Assembly: GCA_051294375.1 (NCBI GenBank)
Contig: CM119266.1
Span: 13,642,735 to 13,706,734 of the forward strand
Source of the DNA: Paraspadella gotoi
Lineage: Eukaryota; Animalia; Chaetognatha
DNA: 64,000 nucleotides
Direction: 5' to 3'
The notes beneath the pieces are model-generated. The model made no database searches and was not told the origin of the DNA. It saw only the letters and a program-made list of their open reading frames with translations. The first letter of the stretch is position 1, and the number at the start of each line of letters is the position of its first letter. Shown here piece after piece: positions 12,719-25,679 of this stretch. Made by a program: the position numbers and the translations under genes.

Positions 12719-15700
12719 CCTCTCTCCTCCTTATTTCACCCCCGGCGATTGTCCTTTTTTCGATTTCATCTTTCTCCGTGCAAGCCCCCTCCGGCGATTC
12801 CGGCGTGTTCGGCCGGCCCAATACACCCATTTCCGTTTGCCTTTGTTTTTTTTCTCTCTTCTCCTTCTCTCTTCCCTAATTTCATATTCCTATAACTTCG
12901 TCGCAATTCTTCTTTAAAATTTTCCGGCGAAAGCTCTCTTCCATTTTCCGGCGTTTTCGGAGCGCCCTTTAGTGAGAGCTGCATGTCACCGCAGCGGGAC
13001 GGATAAGAACGGACGGGACAACACACCGACAGCCGACGACGTATTTTCGTTGCATCTGGCATCGGCGTAAAAGGTGAAAACAAACTTCTCACTCGAGGCG
13101 CGATTAGTGTTCTCAGCCAGATCGCTAGTTTATTTATAACTTTTTATAACCTCGACGCGTCATGAACGGCGTTAACTGATATTTCATCTCGGAAAGAAAT
13201 GAAACCGTCGACTAACTTTTATCTATTCTCTTTCTTCGCCGGCAGATAGGAAAGCACAGTATGGGTAGGGAGAGGAGTAAGAGAGAGAATGCGAGAGAGG
13301 TAAGGAATGAAGAGGAGGGAGAGAGAAGAGAGGCACCGATGACCGATGAGAGAGGGATTGAGAGAGAGAGACTAGAGAGAACCTGCCATTAAACGCGAAA
13401 TACATTAGAATTACAGTTTGTTTATCATCGACAGCCCAGGTGTTTTCAGTTCGTATATTTTTTTTCCATCGCAACTCGGAACGAAGGGTGTGCGAGTGAG
13501 TGTGTGCGAGCGGTGGCGGTGCGCGAGGTGTGGACGGGCGTGTGTGACTAATGGCTTTATTTTCATTATTTTTCTTTCTCGAGTTATTCCTTCTTCGCCG
13601 ACAACGCGTCTTCCGCATTCAGCTGTAAATGACTTCACTTCCCTTCCTGTGTGCAATTTTATGTTTATCAGGCTTTCTCTGTTTTCTCTGTTTTCTCTGT
13701 TTCTCTGTTTCTCTGTCTTTCTCTCTTCTCTGTCCTCGTTTTCTGCCGTCTCTAATTCTGTCTGGTGTGGGCGTGTGTCGTGTGCTGCGAGATGTCGTGC
13801 GTGACCTCTCTCTCTCTCTACTCTCGTCTCTTCCATCTCTCTCTCTTTCTACTCTATTCTTCTCATCTTTCCTCTATTCTTTCGATTCCTCTCAGCTTAT
13901 CTCTTCGCCTTCTCTCTCTCTCTCGCGTGCGTGCTGCGTCGCTGCGTCGGTGCGTCGGTCGGTGCGGGGCGGTGCTCGTGGCTCTCGTCTCTCGTTCTCT
14001 CTTTCCTCTTTCGTCCTTTGAATTTTTCCTCCTTTTTTCGTGGTCCAGCGTGTTCCATCCTTTCTTATCTAATTTTTCGCTCTCCTCGCTTGTGTGAAAC
14101 GGTGTGCGTGCTTCAGAAGCAGCAAATACTCGTTCGGCGGCGAGATAAAGAACTTCTTTCATCTTGCGTGACCAACAACAAAAAAGAGCAACGCGAAAGA
14201 TTAAAGTAGGAAATAAACAAGAATTTGCTAAAAGGATCAAGTGAGAAATCTGAAACAAAAATTTAGAGAATAAAACTTTGATATTGAAGACCGAAAGCGA
14301 AGATCAACGCCACAAAACCCTAACTTACGCCACAAGTCATAATGCCACAAAACCCTATTAACCCAAAGGTCAAATGGCGCGAGCAAACCTCATACTCCAC
14401 CTTCACCCGATTTCGTGTCTGACATCAAACTACCCACGCCACGCAGGCATTGAACGTTCGGTCCAAGCCGGGACGAAACCTTAAAATTATATATTTTATA
14501 TATAACACAGGGCGGATCAATATGCATATATAATTTGTCCAAATTATGTTGCCTTGTCGGTGCATTCTCTTTACCTAATGTAGTTTTATTGACTATCACA
14601 ATAATAATTTTTGAAAAAAATATTGCAGATCCACTGCAATGGTTTAGCGAGATGTTGTGAGAAAGAGAGTGCGAGTGGAGAGGGTGCGATCCAGTGCCAT
14701 TGGTGGAAATTGGTCATCGAATTTTATGTTTTTTATTATTTTTCACTTAATAAAAAGGTTGTTTCTCAGCTTTAACAATGGAAAATTTTATGTATTTAAA
14801 CAATACATTAAGATTTGGATTAACAATATCAAAGAAAAAAGCGAGAAAAAGAAAGTAATAAAAGTCCCTGACCGGACCATACAATCAGATCGGGTATCTG
14901 CTACTTCGGTACTTTTCCTACCTGCTTTTCTTTCTTTCCCTCGTCTCTCTCTGTCTGATAGATAGAATTTTATTCTCTTCGCACGCGGAAAACTAACGTT
15001 CAGCCCGTCCGGTCAAAACCGAGAGTGCCTAAGTAAATCAAATGTAGTTTCCGGTATTTCTGTAGCTCACCTTAAAAGTAAAAACAAATGTAAGAATGTA
15101 AAGCGAATGGTACGGCGGTGGCGGTGAGGTGGTGCGACCGCAAATGACTGTAGTCGGGTGGGTCGTGGCTCTTTATATAAGTCAGTGTTGATGTTAACAG
15201 TCCTGCTTTCTTGTATCATATTTAATCCATCGTTTTACATTTGACACGTATATTTAGAGAACTACTACTATATTACAAACCTTTTCTTTACATAATAGGC
15301 CAAAGAGAATTCGCTTGACAATATTAACCATACTACTAGCTAAGGTGGAGTATGAGCGACATGTGATGGCATCGGCCGTTGTCTCGAATCCTCACGTCTA
15401 CTCTTGCTTCTCTTACTACCTGTAATTGGCAGGTGGGTGAGTGAATTAACATAGTATGTTAAGAATATTAAGTGGGATTTGAAGTGGTTATACCCCGGGT
15501 GAGAACCCTCACATCGCGCGTGTAGATGTTAATCGTCCTTATGCCTACGTGCGAATCTTGCCCGAGCGAAGTAAAGCTTTCGGTCTTGTGTGAGGGCCGG
15601 CGTCCATATAACGTTTTAAACTATGGAAAACTCTTTTTTAATTGGGTTGAGAGATAATCCTCATTAAACCTGCATAGCGCGTACGGAGAGGATGGCCGGC

Positions 15701-18700
15701 AATGTGATAAATTTTCTCGTTCGGCCCTATATTTGGCATTGTCGATGTAGACAGCATACAAAAGAAAGGAAAACAGAGATTAAACTTCCCTTTGTTGCCC
15801 CATTTGCGTGCATATATACGCTGCCCTGTCATTCCGTAGGGTAGTGACGGAAGAAGTGGGCCAATGAATTCTGCGTGGGAGGGTGAGAGCGGTAGTGGTC
15901 TTTTATTTTGTCATTATATTTGCTAAATTGGACCCTTCTCTATCTACTAACTCGACTAACGTTGTGTCCTCTGCCATCACTTCGAGAAGGATTCATTTCT
16001 TGTGTGTCGCCTGAAGAGTGTGGAGAGGGATTTTTCAGTTGTATTTTGCGTTTCCTCTCCCTGCCGGCATGGAGCAACGATTTAGGGATTAGTTTGATTC
16101 AACTCGATTGGTGGACGGTGTGTCGCGGCGAACGCTTCTCTATTTGTAACCTCCAATCGAAGTATTTCCCTCCGCGTCCCGATGAAATAATGATTTCTTT
16201 ATTTTTTTTTTACGCAAATTTTACGCGAGATTGTCTCTTGCCGGAGCCTGACATCAAAACTTTCTTTTAAAAGCAGGAGCGAGGCCGATACGACAGCCCG
16301 GAAATGTCAGGAACAACCCTTTTGCACGCTTGGGGAGTGGTGTTTCTTTTCCAGCAATTCGATCCGCGAGTGTTGCGTGCGTGTGTAGAGAGCGAGAGAG
16401 AGAGAGAGCGTGTGTGCGGCGAGATGATGAGAAGTAGTTGTTAAAGATTTAAGTTTAATATTTAGACTTGCGAAGCGAGAGAGAGAGTAGGCTCGGTTTC
16501 AACAATCAATTGGAAAGAATTTAATTTTAATTTTGAAAGTCATAATTAAATTTCGACTTTTTAGGACTACGTGATCATTATTCTTACGTGAAAAGAAAAA
16601 AGAAAAAATTGAAATAAAGGATATTCCTGAACGCCAGTGTTTAATCCTGCGACCTTCATGCATTCAAACAAATTTGCCCGCGAGTCTGAACATTGTTAGG
16701 ACTAATTTTCATTTAGGTGCGAGAAATTTTGCACGGGCCTTTAAAACTGGCTTTCTCCGCGAGAACTTGGATACAAATACAAGCAAATCTTTTCTAAGAT
16801 GAGTTCTTATACAGAACGTTTGAACAATTATTCGACATGTAAACCGACTCAGCGGGGCGGTAGGTGCCGGAGTGTGCGACGCGCTTGATGCGGTTCAGTC
16901 TGCTACGACGATGATCATCGACACTAAAAAAAATTGAAAAAAAATTTAACAACTCCGACATTCCAGCTCAACAAAAATATGGCATTTAAAGTTTCACCCT
17001 CTAAAGTTCAACACTCTAATGTTCCCTAGAATCATTCACTTATAAAACATTTTCCGTTTCTAACTATTTTCTTTTATTATTTTCTCTATTTTATATTTGA
17101 AATTCTTCCCAGATCAGTCTAAGAATTTTAAAATAGACGAATCATTTTTTTTCTGAAGGATAATACTTAAATCCTTTAATTAATTTTCATACTAATCACA
17201 TTAAGTTATATATAATATAATATATTGTTATTTATTTCTTTTCCAAAAAAATATAAAATTTTAAGGAGTTATTAACTGATGTACAAATAAATAGTTTACT
17301 TTGAGATAAAGACAATCAGATTAATTTAGTTGCCAAGTATTTCGAAATTATATTTGAGAAATCATTGTTCTTAGATCTCAATTTGCATATTATAATAGTA
17401 AATTTAAAGTTAAATATGCAATAAGTGCGCGTTACATTAAAAAAATCTAACTTATTACATATTTAAGAACATGAAAGTACAAATGCACAGGACAGCAAGG
17501 GCCTAACTCGGAAATCGATCCGCCTAATATACGACGGTGCGACCGGATCAGAGTAAGATTACGAGTCATCCCAATACTTTCATCAAATAAAAAGGCATAG
17601 GAGCAAAACGGATAGCGGCGCGTGTCGTAGTGCGAGTGAGCGTGCTGTGCGCCTGCCTGGTTTTTAAAGGAGGGAAAAAACCTTCGCTCATTCTTCCGTT
17701 TTCTTTTTATATAATTTTCATTTTTTGATGAGAAAAAAAATAAAAAAATTTGCGCTGTCTCTTCTCTTTTTTATTCAATTCTTTCGCAGACGCTTCCCTC
17801 GTTCCTTTTTTTTTTGTTTTGAAGTTACGTCAATTATTCTCTTCTTGGGCTGAATTTTAAATTGCCGAGTTGTATACTTTGATTTCGTATTTGGTTTGTA
17901 TTAATGCTTTTTTTTTCTAATGTTTGCGTGTCGGGTTAGTTTGTTTTGTGTAGCCCTCTCATTTTTTTTTTTTCATTCTTTTCGCATATTTTTTTAAACT
18001 GGAAGAATCTTTGAGTAGAAAGACAGCCTTTCCACTCAGTTTGTGAGCGTGGTGTAGCGGTTCATCTCTTTCGCAAGCAATTTCGCTATAATTATTCAAA
18101 AGGCGTGGAGGATCTCCAGTTTGTACATGAATAATAAAACATAAATTTCTATACTTACAAATCCGCCATTGCATAAAACAGTTTTAACCTTACACTTATT
18201 CAACTTTGCTTCCTTGTTTCTTGATGTATCGCTCTATTTTGTTTATTTTGTTTTTGTCCTTTTATTTTCTCAATTTATTATTTCTTAATTGCTCATTGGC
18301 TATCCTTTTTTGTTAAATAAAGACATACTTCCCTTTGAGGGGCACCAGACCCGACAAGACTACATCGGGGCTGGGATAAAATAAAACCACCGACGGCCAC
18401 CCGCCACGCAGCAGCTCCACCGCCGCCAGCCCCAACGCGCCTCCAGCCCCAACCGCCGCCGCTTGCCGTCGCTGTGCCATTTAGAAAGCGTCTCCCCTCA
18501 GCGATGTTCTTTATTGCTTCCCTTCCTCCGCTCTCTCACAAACGCGCCTGGGAATTTTTAAAGGCTTCCGCTTTGTTTTCACCCTCGACCCGTGAGCCAA
18601 CTTTGCCCACCCACCATCTTATGTGCGCCCGCTTCTCACCCACCCTACCGCGGCGCCACGCCTTCTTTTTTAAGTCCTGATGATGTCGTCTCATGTTTGT

Positions 18701-19596
18701 GACGAGGCAGAATTTTATTAAACTTCCCCGAGTGTCCACCAACCTGAAGGCAGTGAAACTAGGAAGGAAGAGAAGAGGAGAGGAAGAAAGAGAGAGGAGG
18801 AAAGAGAGAGGAGAAGAGAGTGAGATAAAAAAAAGAAAGAAAAATAAAAGATAGAAAAAAAAAGAAAAGAAAAAATTGAAAAAGACTATGCGACAGTATT
18901 CGTTATGTTATCATCCAGTGCATGCCCTCTCCCGCAGTTCGACATGCTCGGACGTTGCTCCTCACTAGCACAAGAATAGGTCAATGTCCAGCTCGTCTCA
19001 GGACCAGAAACAATATCCAGTCGATCCGTTGGATCCCTCTCGTGAGCTGAGAACAACACGAATGTCCGTATCACGCACACGGATCGCCGATTCCAGCCTT
19101 ATCTGTGAACGCAATCATCCCCTCGAAAAAGACAAAAAATAAAAAAAACTTCCTACCATATTGGTCAGAAAGAAAATCACAAGAAAATGGAAACTTTGAA
19201 AAATTTTTATTAACATCAAAGAACCTCTGCGCACTCTCACGCTAGACGCCATAACTTTCCTTAATACGGTTCCTTTTACTTATAAAAACAGGACATCGGA
19301 TAGGCTCAGGGGAAAAAAAAATGCGAAAACCAAACGTATATTTAAAAATCGTCGCGCGCCGGTCGCGCCGCGTCACAAAAAACAGAGCTGTGTGGCGACC
19401 GATTTTTTCCCACAGAAACGTCATTGGAAAAAATTCTGACGCATGTGGCTTTCTGACCCGCAGCCATTGCACCATGAATCCCGTTTGCACCATAAACGCC
19501 CGACGTCCCCTCAAGTTGTATTTCCTCATCGAAGCAAAAAGTTTCCGTCCCACGACAAGGGGCCACTTTCGCCCCCACCCGCCACCCCAAATATAC
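10546..19596 (-). repeat. Error-rich inverted copy of W with two insertions (14509-17526 and ~18885-19125); probable long-read gap-fill artefact
   Basis: Collinear reverse complement of W with dense 1-bp indels. Starts right after a 25-N gap and stops abruptly at ~19596. Confidence 0.9.
14509..17526. mobile_element. ~3.0-kb insertion absent from the other copy; possible non-autonomous hAT-like DNA transposon
   Basis: Ends read AGGGCGGATC (14509) and GATCCGCCTA (17517-17526). Flanks atataacac and atatacgac both approximate the single ATATACAC at the empty site (~7050 on the minus strand), consistent with an 8-bp TSD. Sequence is noisy and no transposase is recognisable. Confidence 0.5.
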
Positions 19597-20824
19597 AGAG
19601 AGAGAGAGGAAAATGAAGGATGAATAGAAGGGGAGGGTGAATTGTGAGGGGAAAGGGTAAATTTAGCTAAACGAAGAAAATATGAGGATTAGAAAAGAAG
19701 GGAAAAAAATCTAGGGCTAAAATGAGGAGAAGAAAAAGAGGAGAAAAAGAGGAAAGAGGCTTTCAAGCCGACGAGACGATCGCCCTAGCAGAAAGTGAAA
19801 GAAAAAATTAAAAAGAAAAGAAAAAAATTAAGTAGAAGTTAACAAAATAAAGCGGTAGTTTTATTTTCTGATCTGTAAAGTTTGTTCACGCGCTCCGATA
19901 AAGAAAGAAAAATTTGCTTGAAACACGGACGAAGAAATAAAAACTTTTTTCGTTGCAAAAATGCAAATTTTCTTACTGATAACAAAATAGGGCTAAACCA
20001 AAAACAAACAAATAAATAAATAAAAAAGATTATGATGAGACTTTAGATGTAAGTGTGTTAAATGTAAAGACCGATGTATCTGAGGAATGAAAAACCACCG
20101 AGTTTTTCGATTCAAGACTCGACAGACTTTTTCATCCCCCGAAACTTGTTCGGTGTCGGTGGGATGTCCCGGGGTCAGTCCGAAACTGAAGGCCGACAGT
20201 GGCGGGCAGAGGCGCGGGCGGAGTAGGGCCGAGGCGCGGGCGAAGGCGGAGGAGTTTCGCTGATTGAAGGGGGCGTGGAGGAGGGGAATATAAACTCCGC
20301 CCATTCCGCCGGCCAGTTCAGCGAAAACGGGCGTCGTTAGCGCCGTCGGCCACTGGAAAAAGAAAACCAGCGACTCTGGGCGCGTTTTCGAAGGAGGGGG
20401 GAGTTTCTTGTGTTTTTTTTTACGGGGGGAGGATAGGGAGCGGGTGGGGGGTAGGAGGGGAGAGGTGGGGGTTAGGAAAAGGGTCAGAAGTAACAAGGAA
20501 TAGAGAGAGAAGGCTTCGTCGACGTGACTTCGACCGAGAAGACGAAGACGAATTAATGACGCCAGACATTCGAGAATCATTAATTAGGCTTACTATCTTT
20601 TTAGAGGCTGGAATCATAATTTAGTGATATATGCAATGCCCGACTACATATATGAGTGCCAAGTGAAAATAGAAACCAGAATAGAAGTAGAAAAGTAAAC
20701 TTTGTCGATTCTGCAATTTTTTTCACACGATAAGACTAAATTTCCTAAATAAAATTCTAAACGCAACTACGAAACATATCTCTTACTTTATTTACTTTTT
20801 TCTAAATAAAATGGTTGCGCCGAC

Positions 20825-20951
20825 TGACGTCATCGATCGATAATTCGACATCATTGCGAGTCACCGCGCGCCACCTGCAGGCAAAGACGGACGTCACCGG
20901 ATCCGTCGCCAGGCGCCACCTGTCGGCTTTGGGAGGAAAACTCGACGTCAT
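20825..20951 (-). promoter_or_regulatory. Two co-oriented CTCF-like motifs plus CRE-like sites
   Basis: Minus strand reads CCTGCAGGTGGCGC (20868-20881) and CCGACAGGTGGCGC (20913-20926). TGACGTCA at 20825, GACGTCA at ~20890 and ~20945. Motif match only. Confidence 0.35.
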
Positions 20952-21815
20952 GACGAGATGATGGCTAACAGTAAAAAGCGGATAAAAAGGCGTCGCAAAC
21001 ATCCGTTGCCAAGGGAACGCGTCTCAATTTCGCGTCAACCGAGGATCCAGCGACTGAGAACGTCAGGTGGAAGAGGAAATTCTCAGACGAGAATAAAAAA
21101 AAAATAATGAAAGGAGTAAAAGGAATAAAAAAAAAAAGATTTAGATCGATAATTTGTGGCTTTCGGGGGAAAGTCAAGCAAACAACCGAACCAAGCACCT
21201 AATCAACTGCAAAGTTAATTAAGAGCGGAAAGTGTAATCGAATTTTCCATGAAAATAAGTAACAATGAAATTTGAATTGCTTACGTGTTACCCGCAACTT
21301 GTAATTATAATACCAGTTTTAAAAAGACGACGAAAGAGAAAAAACGAAATCGTCGCCAAATCGATTTGGAATGACGGCGACGAACGTGGTCTGAAGACAA
21401 TTTGGACGCCTCGATTCGATCGCGAGCGGACTTAACCAACTTCCTTTTTACGACGACTTAGCTTTCCAGTTTCCACCTTCACCTGATTTCGTCCTCACGT
21501 TGTCATAGGAAAACGGTTCAACATGGTAAACACCAAACACTTACAGCAACAGTAACACTAACACTAAACAGATATCCAATCCATTTCCCACACCCAAACT
21601 CCTTTTCTCCTCTTCGCCATCTGCCGGAGGGGAGTTGAAAATTTCGCCGCCCGAACAAACGATTACGCTTCCGTCCTCAAAAATTGAGACGACAAACGAG
21701 ACGACGACGAGGAAATTAACTTTCTACTCTCTCTCACTCTCTCTTTCTCCTCTCCTCTCTCTCCTTCTTCTTCCTCAACGACTCTCTATACTTCTCTCTC
21801 TCTCCTCTCATCTCT

Positions 21816-21857
<42 letters not shown>

Positions 21858-22299
21858 ATGTCTTGTACTTTTCTCTAGACTTACGCGTTCTTCTCATAAG
21901 TTTTTATGAATTGGATATAAAAGTTATGGACCCGGCTTTTCGTATCGCTCGTCGGACATGGAAAAAACGGTAGGATTATTAATACATAGGAAGGACAGAT
22001 AATCGAAGAACGAGGGAAAATTAAATTCCGCCGTCCTTATCCTTGAGCGCGTCGGCTATAGGCAGTCTGGAGAATTAAGGGAAAGGGAGGAAGAGAGAGA
22101 GAAAGAGAGAGAGACGAGCACGAGAGAGCAGGATGGTTACTGCAGACTTGCATGAAGGAAGATGTAGATTTTCTTTTTGATATTGGAGAGATGTAAGTAA
22201 AGTTGACGTTAGAGAATGATGGAGGAGAGAGAGAGAGCTAGAATATATGACATTCATCTTAGTTATGTGAGAAGAAATTTGATACCGAGGATTTTAGTT

Positions 22300-23100
22300 A
22301 TTGAAGAATACTCGAGGATTGCATCGTCTTTCCCTATTGTGACAATTTTACATCCCCATTCTTAACCTTATCATGATATATTTATATAACTTACTGTGTC
22401 ATAGATATTTTATCTGTTCCTTAGCGTCCTAGCGCATGATTTTTCTGTTTTTGTGTTTATTTTTTTGTCTCGACATCGGTATGGTGAATATTCATGCTGA
22501 GATTAGAGTGTGTAGAGTGTTCTTTCGGTTTAGTTTGATTAGAAGTTTAGATCCGTTCTATCAGAAGTAGTTTTCTTTTCGTCGGTCGTTTGAATGGTTT
22601 GGGGGTCGATGTCTGCTCGGCTGCTTCATCGGCAGACAAGGCGGACGACAGACTGGGCGCGCCAGCAGTCGAGGGTCATCCCATCGGGAGCTTCAGACAT
22701 CACTTTGCATTGCGCCTGCAATGCATGCATCTACGTCCAGCACACCGTGCGCACGCACGACCACTTCCCCGTTCGGACGAGGCTCCCGTCAAAGAGCGGC
22801 CATCTTGGCGCCACTGCCCGTCTGCGCGACGAGCGATGACCGGAGAATGGAGAAGTCTTAATCGCCTCGTCTCGATCCATACTGCGGGCGGAATGTGCTA
22901 ATTTGGAGTCGGAAAGGGAAGATAAGTCGTTAGGCCTTTTATGCACGTAGACTATAGGCGGCATGCAACCGGAATAAAAAAGCCGCCCCCTTTTCCCTGA
23001 TTAGAGAGCTTCACGGTCGTTGCTCTGTGGCTCTCGCTTTCTTCTCTTCCTCTCTCTCCCATCTCTCTCTCTCTTATTCGTGCTGTCTCCTAGTACTTGC
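22300..23100 (-). repeat. Very noisy inverted copy of the start of segment S (~24000-24700)
   Basis: 22960-23040 is the reverse complement of ~24060-24140; similarity decays towards 22300. A 25-N gap follows at 23286-23310. Confidence 0.8.
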
Positions 23101-23970
23101 TTCTTATCAAAGTAGATTACTTGACATATGCTTCTTTCTCGTCTTCTCTTCTCTTTCGTCTCTTTCCCTCTCTCTTCTTTCTTCCTGCTCATTCTCCTGC
23201 TCTAAGGTCTCTTATCCTCTTCCTCTCTTCACTCTACTCCCTCTCTCTGTCCTCTGTCCTACGGTAGCTCTCAGCCAGGGATGAANNNNNNNNNNNNNNN
23301 NNNNNNNNNNCATGGTTCTGTAAATGATAGGTAAGGTCGAGTTTAAGTATTTTATCTGAAGGATGACTGAAGCTTTCTTTGATTGATGATAGAGGATAGA
23401 GGATAGATTATGATTGCCAGTGCGGTTGTTCACCATTAATGTTAAGACTTAAAACTCGGCGAAAAGTTAAATTGGGGTGAAGTGTTCACTGAGTTAAGGT
23501 TAAGTGCAAAGAGAGACGCGGCAGTAAAAGTTGAACGGCTGCGTTTTGTCATTTCTCTCTCGGAATTTATCTCGGTGAAAGCGAGTGCGATTCAAGCGCA
23601 TTCGTCATCTCGACTCGACGTCTTTGAGCAAAAAATAAAGAGAGAAAAAAAAAAGATCTTATTTTTCTTTTTTTTTTTTTAAATTGAGAATTTTATCGCT
23701 CAGTTTTATTTTTATTTTTAGCTTCTTTTTTTTCGTGTTCGTGTTTAGCCGGTGTGAGAAGATCTTTGACGTTAGTATTCAGAATGTTATTGNNNNNNNN
23801 NNNNNNNNNNNNNNNNNNNNNNNNNNNNNNNNNNNNNNNNNNNNNNNNNNNNNNNNNNNNNNNNNNNNNNNNNNNNNNNNNNNNNNNNNNNNNNNNNNNN
23901 NNNNNNNNNNNNNNNNNNNNNNNNNNNNNNNNNNNNNNNNNNNNNNNNNNNNNNNNNNNNNNNNNNNNNN

Positions 23971-25464
23971 CTCTCTCTCTCATTCTCTCTCTCTCCTCTC
24001 TCCTCTCTTCGCCTCTCTCTCTTGTCTTACTGGACGCAGCCTCTCTACAGAGAGAGAGAGAGAGAAGCGAGAGCCACAGCAACGACCGTGAAGTCTCTCT
24101 AATCAGGGAAGAGGGGGCGCTTTTTTTATTCCGTTGGCACCGCAAGTAGTGATAAAGGCCTAACGACGTTATCTTCCCTTTCCGACTCCAAAATTAGCAC
24201 ATTCCGCCCGCAGTTAGTGGATCGAGACGAGGCGATAAGACTCTCCATTCTCCGGTCCATCGGCTCGTCGCGCAGACGGGAGTGGCGCAAGATGGCCGCT
24301 CTTTTTACGGGAGCCTCGTTTCCGATACGATTGGGAAGTGAGTTCGTTTCGTGGCGAACCGTTTGTGGTGTCTGTTTGACTGAGCATTGCATTGCATTGC
24401 ATCGCAATTTGCAAAGAGATGATTGGTTCTTTGAATGCTCGAGGATGTACCCTGTCTGTCTGTCTGTCTGTCTGTCTATCTGTCTGTCTGTCTGTCTGTC
24501 TGCCGATTGATTTTGCAGGCGAGTTCATTGACATCGACCCAAACGATAAACGACGAAGATGACGGAGAAAAGAAAATTACTTTTTTCTGAGATTAGATAC
24601 TTTTTTTGCGATTTTTTAAAGCTTCTAATCGCAACATGAAAGACAAGAAATACTATATTTATATGAATAATATGGAAAAATAATTTGGGGGTGAAGAAAC
24701 AGCCAGTTTGTCATAATTATGAAAATGACATATTACGATTTTGTTAAAAATTTTGTCATGGCCTAGAGCCAATTGTAACATGGAACACGATTTTATGACA
24801 ACCACTACTATTTATGTATATATTTGTGAAAGTATACGAAATGCGAAGCGAGAAAAAAAATGCCATCGAGAAAATTTTTTGAAAATTAGAAATTTTCGAT
24901 GGTTTATATTTTTTTTTACTTTAAAAAGAAATGTCATTACAGCCGGCAACGAAGATAACGAAATAAAAAAAAATTATCGGAGAAAGAGAAGACGCGCGTA
25001 TACTTAAATAGAGAAACCAAAAGAAAGGGGAAAAAAATTTATGCTAAAAAGTAAAGAAATGAAATATGGGGAATTTAATTCCTTTTTTTTTGGATTTCGA
25101 AGCGAAACAACGACGTTAACGATTCACGAAGGAAAAAATGGCGGTTTTTTTTTTATTTTTTTTTCTAGATTTTATAATTTTTCTTTTAAATTCCGAAGGC
25201 GACCTTGTCCTTGATCGTGATTTTTATTTCAAAAGTAGAAAACATTTTTGATTTTTAAAAATTTAAAATTTTTAACATTTCCGACTTTTTTTCCTTTTCC
25301 TTCCTCTTTTTCTTCCATTCGAATTCTGAAGAGAAAGTTATTTCGTGTTCGACTTTTGTTGTCTGAGACACGAAACGCGAAGAAACGCGAAGTAATGGGA
25401 AGCGTAAAATGCACAATTCAACAATAGGGGCGATGGAAATTGAGAGAGAGAGAGAGAGAGAGAG
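23971..25464 (+). repeat. Segment S (clean copy); reverse-complement copy at ~39340-40760
   Basis: 25370-25440 matches 39340-39420 and 24070-24140 matches 40650-40725 as reverse complements. Confidence 0.9.
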
Positions 25465-25679
25465 NNNNNNNNNNNNNNNNNNNNNNNNNCACCACTCATG
25501 CACGCAAGCCCCTCTCCCCCCTTCCCACTCATCCAATCCTCACTCAACCTATACATACCACACCCATCATCACCACCACACACACTACCACACAAACTCT
25601 TAACTCCATCCTCATCCATATATCATCACATTTTAACTCGGTCTCTTCGTCTCCTCTCTCTCTTCCATCGGAACTTTCA

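Noticed and set aside
18885-19125. ~240-bp extra sequence in the inverted arm
   Set aside because: Random-looking, with no TIR or TSD, and it replaces a few native bases; most consistent with a long-read noise burst.
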